NCBI GenBank assembly: GCA_001244265.2
Contig: LN717261.1
Span: forward strand, 2,805,591 to 2,869,590
Direction of reading: 5' to 3'
DNA: 64,000 bases
Source: Microbotryum violaceum
Lineage: Eukaryota
How positions within the stretch are numbered: the first letter of the stretch is position 1; each line of letters starts with the position of its first letter. Of this stretch, positions 53,500 to 64,000 are shown piece by piece. Position numbers and translations under genes: made by a program. The notes beneath the pieces are model-generated. The model ran no database searches, had not been told where the DNA came from, and worked only from the letters and a program-made list of their open reading frames with translations.

Positions 53500-56400
53500 T
53501 GCAATCCATATAACTTGCACCTGTCAGCTTAGGTCGCCAGTGAGGCTCGAGAGCGATCTCGTGCCTTTCACTCAGCCAGCCAGTCATTGGTCTCCACTTG
53601 CGGAGCGTGGGGTGCCGGCTCGGTTCGAGGAGGAACGCGTCGATTTCCCTGACGAGGTCCTCAATCGCCTTGTGGGGAAGGGACACGGAGAACGAGTCCA
53701 GGTCACAGTCGATGCCTGTGATCGTGATGCGCCGCCCATGTGGTGCCTTGTCCGGGGAGAGCTTGAAGGGCATGCCGAGTCCAGTCCACAGCGCTGCCAT
53801 CGCTGCTTGTTGGGCCGGAATTGTGTGCGTAGTGCCGTTGTGGTTGTAAGCGACCATCGATCCTGCCAGATCGATGCCGAAAGCGTCGTCCATGTACGCA
53901 AGGGGGTGTTCGATTCCGTAGACGTTGTGAGCCGCCCACATCAGTAGCGACATGAACCTAGTCCACAGGAAGGGCATCGCGCGGCAGCCGAACACGCCCC
54001 TCCATTCAATGTGGTACAAGGTGCGTAGTGTACCGTCCGACAGTTTGCGTTTGATTGCTATGCCTTGACACGCCTGCCAGCGCTTGGACATGATGAGGAT
54101 TTTGAACGCCGAAGAGACATCGAGCTTCCAGAGAACCGATGTGTCTGTAAGAAGTCCCGATGCAAACCGATGCCAGCGAAGGAGACGGATAAAGTCGATG
54201 ATGGTATTATAGATTGTCGGGCAATCGGTTCGTTGGATGCCGTCGTTGAGACCGGAGGAGGTGTGGTCTGCCACCACACGCATCCTATGGTTGGTCAACT
54301 CGACTACGCTACAAAAATCGAGGTGTAGGTGACTCCCGGGAGAGGAAATGCGCTGCCGGGAGAGACCCATCGTTTCTTGACTTCCTCGTCCACAGTCGTT
54401 TGGATGAACTCGCGATGATGCTCGTTCTTAGAAAATCTTACAGACGCGGGGTCATCGCCACGCGCGTTGTTGCCATCGTGCGGTGGTTCGAATCTTTCCG
54501 AACGAAAAGCGGAGAGGAAGGAGTTGACTAAGATCGTGTTTGGGTGCTCTGCCAGAAGCTTGCCCAGGTAGAGATCGTTAATCGTCCGAGTGAAGTTGAA
54601 TTGGGAAGGGTACAATCGTTGAGTGTCCTCGAGGTAGCGGTCCGGGGAGCCTGCCCACGGACGTCGTCGAGGAAAGGAGTGGGGTAGTAGAGAGGAGCCG
54701 TGGTTCGCCGTGGACAACCCCTCGCTTCGAGAGAACCGGTTGCCGGTGAGCCACTTGTTGATCAAGAGCGCGTAGACGCTGTCACCAAGTTTTGCGTCGA
54801 GGAGGGAATGGACCGACTTTCCTCTATCGGCCAGATCCCGACGGTACTTGTCATCGTACAGGACTACAAAGTCGAATCCGAGATCTGGATCTTGGGCCAA
54901 TTCCCTCAAGAAGCGAGTGTAGTGCTGCCAGTTGCGACCTTGATGAGAGTTGAACATGATGCCTTCGAGCTTCTCGAGCTCCATCAAGGCTTCCGTGTGA
55001 CCTGCTTGCGTGAGCGTTCTCTTTTTGACGCTAGCCTTGGATTGAACCATCGCTTCAATTCCGTAGAACTTGTTGCCGGAATGCTGGAACATGTAGAACA
55101 AGTCGGAAGGCGCTGGGTTATCGGCATTGACCGCGCTGACGAATTGACCGGTAAGGACCTTCATGATCTCTATGACGTCCAGTTTCAACCCGTGGTTCTT
55201 CTTGAGTACGGCGGCTTGTCTGTCTAGGCGGTCGACGTGCGCTCGAGGGAGTAGTAAGGCTTCTTTGTACATATCCTCTTTGTTGCGGCAAAGTGTCATG
55301 TAGCCTGGGAGTTCGGAGTAAGCAGTGCTAGGGACTGCTAGAGTCTCCTTGTACATCCTCGCCGCTTTTTCTTGAGCAATGGATGTAGCGGTCGGAGTCT
55401 CCTGGTCCTCATCGTCCTCATCGAGAAGTACACGACCACCTTGCGATAGCGTAGAAGGACGGTACGACACGACAGCGCGCTGGGCTGGAGGGGGTGCCGG
55501 GTTCTTGGACTTCTTCTTAGTTGGTCGCTGAGCAAGGCGATCGGCCGAGCCCTCGAGCTGACGGAGTTGGGTCGCCGGATTCTCAGTCGGTTCGTCGCTT
55601 TTTTCCTCATCAGAAGTCACCCACGGATTGGCATTGCGAGCGGGGCGCTTGCCTTGCATCGAGACCGCCGACGCCGGTGGCGCGTGAGCTGCCCGCGAGG
55701 GTGCCGGAGTAGCAGCCACTGTTATGATCCAACCGAGCGGTAAGGAGCAACGCTTGTATAGCACATCGTCCCCCTCAGGCAAGGCATCGAGGGGTACTTC
55801 ACCTTCGATGAAGAGGTTGAAGCGTACAATGAGACAGGCCGTCCTGATCCGAATCCAGCTCGTTGACCGTAAAGACTGGCAAGTCACCTAGGCCGCGGAT
55901 TGACGTAACACGTCGTTCTAGATCACCATCTTGTCCGGGCCGCTCGTCGCGTCCGGTGTCACTTCGGCCGTCTTGAGCCGCTTGTTGACGTCTAACGCCG
56001 GAGGCGGTAGGATTGAAGACCCTTCGTCCAATAGCGCGCTCCGTATGCAGCGATGTAGTCGGCAGGGTGAGCGGAACCTAGAGCATGCGAAATGACCGGA
56101 TGCATTTGCGCTTCCTCGAGTGCTTCGATACTGATCGGGGTACCTCGAGGAAGTTTCTCGACTTGCGACTCCCAGAACTTAAGGGCGGCAGGATCGAGCG
56201 CCATGCGTTCTAGCTCGGTTTTGAGGATCAATATATCGGCGTCCGTCAGGAGTCCGCCATCCGCCTCCGCCCATGCCTCCGCAATCTTAACGAGCGCCTT
56301 CTCGGTGAAGTTTCCCGAGGTAGGGATCGGATACGAGGAGTCCCAGGCGGGAGGCTCGTAAGGATCGGCAAAGGGGTCGACCAACATGATTATGATGGGT

Positions 56401-56565
56401 TGAGGCAAAGACAGCGGAGGTACGACCTAATATAGACAAAGATAGAATGACTATGCTTGTAAAGCGCGATTCTATTAGTACTCGGAATACTGCAAAGACT
56501 CTGAGGACTATGGCATACCTATGCTTGTAAAGCGTGTCGCTTGGAGACAAGGAGACAGCAAAGGA
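53500..56565 (-). mobile_element. DIRS/Ngaro-type (tyrosine recombinase) retrotransposon remnant: gag-like ORF and RT, with RNase H and YR deleted
   Basis: RT motifs LWKLDVSSAF, GVFGCRAMPFLWTRF, AYMDDAFG and ITITGIDCD are typical of basidiomycete YR-retroelement RTs. Upstream ORFs 55992..56408 and 54304..55887. The 5' leader probably continues at 61595-~61790 beyond copia-3. Confidence 0.75.
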
Positions 56566-56837
56566 TTTTAGCACATCTGAGGCCCGAGGCACGAGGTACA
56601 TAAGCACGAGAGCCGAAGATGGTAGTAAAGATAGTTTTGGTATATTGCAAGACTAACCTGAGGCCCGAGGCACAAGGTACGTAAGCATGAGAGCCAAAGA
56701 TGGTAGTAAAGATAGTTGGAGAAGAGAGAGAAGAGCCAAGTGCGCGTGCACTAGGGAGGCTAGAGGCGCGCGGCTAATATCAACAACTAGATACTAATCT
56801 ATTCTAAGTGGGAGGAAACAGTAATACCCTTTTGACA
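56566..56837 (-). repeat. 3' LTR of copia-3
   Basis: Five differences from the 5' LTR. Contains an internal ~60-bp duplication. Confidence 0.95.
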
Positions 56838-56850
56838 CCCCCCCGTGCTG

Positions 56851-61313
<4,463 letters not shown>

Positions 61314-61317
61314 AACC

Positions 61318-61589
61318 TTTTAGCACATCTGAGGCCCGAGGCACGAGGTACGTAAGCACGAGAGCCGAAGATGGTAGTAAAGATAGTTTTGGTATATTGC
61401 AAGACTAACCTGAGGCCCGAGGCACGAGGTACGTAAGCACGAGAGCCGAAGATGGTAGTAAAGATAGTTGGAGAAGAGAGAGAAGAGCCAAGTGCGCGCG
61501 CACTAGGGAGGCTAGAGGCGCGCGGCTAATATCAACAACTAGATACTAATCTATTCTAAGTGGGAGGAAACAGTAATACCCTTTTGACA
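61318..61589 (-). repeat. 5' LTR of copia-3
   Basis: TGTCAAAAG...GCTAAAA in element orientation, followed by the PBS. Confidence 0.95.
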
Positions 61590-61807
61590 AAGGAAGCAGA
61601 CCTCGGACGCTGGCACGTCGAGGTTGGGTCTGTGTAGCAAGGTAGCCAAGTCAGTCAACGTGTCCAACAAGGACAGTCGAAAGCAGGAGTACCCTAAGGT
61701 AGAGCCTGAAGGGGGGTGATGTACCTCGGCTCTTTGAGCGAGACGCAGGCGAACAGGAGAGAGGCGCAGCACTGGCAGGTGCATAGCAAAAAAGGTGGAT
61801 ATTTTGA

Positions 61808-62058
61808 GGATGGCTTTGGGACGGGGTCGGGACGGCCGTGGGATGGCCGAGGGATGGTTGCCATCCTGGGATGACCGTGGACGATCACGGCGCACTACCA
61901 GAGTTGGGCGCCCCACCTCTTCAACCATCCCGGGACCCGCGCCGACCCTGGGATGGTCCAGGAATTGACGTCGGTCTGGGCACGGTGCTTGGACGGCGCC
62001 GGGATAGTCCTGGATCCCAGGATGATCCCGAGATGGTGCCAGGATAGTTGTGGGATCA
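61808..62058. repeat. Dense GGGA(T/C)GG-like motif cluster, probable DNA-transposon subterminal repeats
   Basis: More than ten GGATGG/GGACGG/GGATAG/GGATGA motifs in both orientations within 250 bp. Confidence 0.55.
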
Positions 62059-63440
62059 ATTAGTAAACAAGTTAATCTTTACTTATCATACTCGTAATGC
62101 TTGATTCATTTGTAATCACTTTCGCGGCGGTTCTCTCGCTGTAATCGGGTGCGATTTTCACATGCAATACAGTACAAGGCTAAACAAAAAACCTAATATG
62201 ACATCTGCTACTCAGAACTGCTCTAGACGCGCATACAAGGCACCTATCGGATGTGGTGGCTGTGCCCGATGATGGCCAATGCTTCATTCTGTCTGGGGCC
62301 AATAGAGCGTGTCAACGACCTGCTCTATGTTTGAGACTTTAGTACTAATAGCTAGCAAGCAGCCGAGAGAGAGCGATTGACCCAGACCTGCTGCTATGGT
62401 AAGCTGTCGGGGACATTGTCAGTAAACCGCGAGCGAGTCAGCTGAGCCCCTGACTCCAAGGCTCTGATGCCGAAAAGCGACCGAGCGGCTCGAAGATGAA
62501 CCGGCGGTGACTCACGCTGGGCTATGAAATGCATTTTGTATGATTGGTGTTCTGTACGAAACTAGTTGATGGCCAGTGTATGGCCTTGAGCCGTCAACAG
62601 CCTGGCGGAGGCGTAGGAGGCTCACTATGGTGTCCAAACAAATCTAACTACGACAGAGATGGAGAATTGACAAACCTCAGCACGAACATCAGCAAAGCTA
62701 AGCGACAAAAGGAGTGAAGAAGAGCTTCAATCGAGGTCGAAGGTGTGGGACGAGAGGGAGAGACTAACCCAAATCGGCACAGGGGCTAGCCAGTCGGCCC
62801 ATCTGGGGAAGGAACATAAAGCCCACCAGAGAGCAAGTCAGCCAGGCAAAGTATTGCGGTCATGGATCGAAGATTCGATAAGTGCAGAGTGAAGCACATC
62901 ACACACTGTACAGTCAAGAGTCGAATGGCAACGGGCGGGAGTGCGTAGACAGGAGAAGTCCCGCCCGTTGAGACAGGAGAACCGTGCACAACAAGGGTGA
63001 CGACGCTCCGGACGGTGGGTCGGGGAGCCCGTAAGGACCTTGTCGTTTGTTGCTCACCTGATGACTCGGTTGTTCAACCCGTCCCGGTGGGTTTGACGAG
63101 TGGTGGATAACCAAGTGAGGGTAGTAGTAGCATGCAGGCGAGGTCAAGTCGAGTCAGGTCGACCATGAACATGGCCCGTCGGTCGCACCATCAAATCGCC
63201 CGTACCAAACATGCCCATGGGCAATAGAGTACGAAGGCAAGAACAGTCCTTCATCATGAGTCGAGGCTAACCGGTGAGTAAGGGTCAGCGGACGTTGCCT
63301 CGCCGATGATGACTGGGGACCCTGCGAGCGCGTGAGTGGAGCAGAGGCAAGGACTGTTAAGACCGACTTGCGTCAGCCGTCTTGTCGTGTCTCGGCCTTT
63401 CTCCTCCTTTCTCGGCTTGTCCCTGCTCATGCTGGAGCTC

Positions 63441-64000
63441 GGCTTGTATACATGTAAGAAAATATCCTTACACATGAGTTAAGGTCAATACACAATCATC
63501 TTGGTATTGTAACATCAACATATAACTATTTCTGAATGGTGTCTGCAAGGACTACATGATAGCATGTGTATTGCAAGACTTGTAGTGATTCAAAATTTCT
63601 GTGTCCTTACCGCACCTCCCGTATCCTTACTGCACCCTCGTATCCTTACATGTGTCGACATGTGTAAGGATACGCCCGCGCGCGCACGTGACATGCGTAA
63701 GGATACGCTCGCGCGCAAAGAGCACTGGCTGCTGCTGGTGAATAATTGACTCTTTCCGCACACCAGTGGTTGTCAAAGTATCGCCATGCCCATTTTTGCA
63801 CTAAGCTTAGTTATACATACTATTGCTGACCGCTATCATAGCCCCTACTGTACACTACATTAGTGATTGACAAGGCCAAAACTTCACTGGACCACTGGGG
63901 CACAACTTTGTGAGTCAAACTTGCCATCAACATGAATGTTCCCCACTGTGATTTCCTCCAGGAGCACTGCACCGCTGGAAAAAATTGTAAGAGGAGAGCA
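63441..64000 (-). mobile_element. Right end of a second copy of the GCM/USP element (continues beyond the window)
   Basis: Near-identical to the reverse complement of 13536-14140, with the intact GGCTTGTATACATGTAAG terminus. Confidence 0.92.

Noticed and set aside
62100-63430. Possible CxC5/KDZ transposase remnant (TVQCVMCFTLH) on the minus strand
   Set aside because: A single CxxC in short broken ORFs is not enough to assign a family.

Overview
Eukaryotic, intron-containing fungal DNA. Gene structure, TE families and TCG>TTG hypermutation point to a Microbotryum-like Pucciniomycotina basidiomycete (inference). Four apparently intact host genes are present: PEX6, a Munc13-homology/C2 (Git1/YOR296W-like) protein, a DAHP synthase (ARO4-type) and a peroxisomal Lon protease ending in SRL. 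There is also a probable DIM1 5' fragment. The rest is nested transposable elements: three Ty1/copia elements, an L1-clade LINE, a chromoviral gypsy remnant, a DIRS/Ngaro-type RT remnant, Helitron remnants, a MULE-SWIM remnant, AcademH-like and IS3EU-like non-autonomous elements with intact TSDs, and a MITE. Most novel-looking: (1) a long-TIR DNA element encoding a GCM-like zinc domain plus a USP/C19-like deubiquitinase half-domain; (2) a two-intron antisense gene in the 5' region of the L1, whose ATG overlaps the ORF1 ATG; (3) a covarying hairpin conserved between otherwise diverged copia LTRs. All domain calls come from reading motifs by eye; no database searches were run, and exon boundaries are approximate unless stated.
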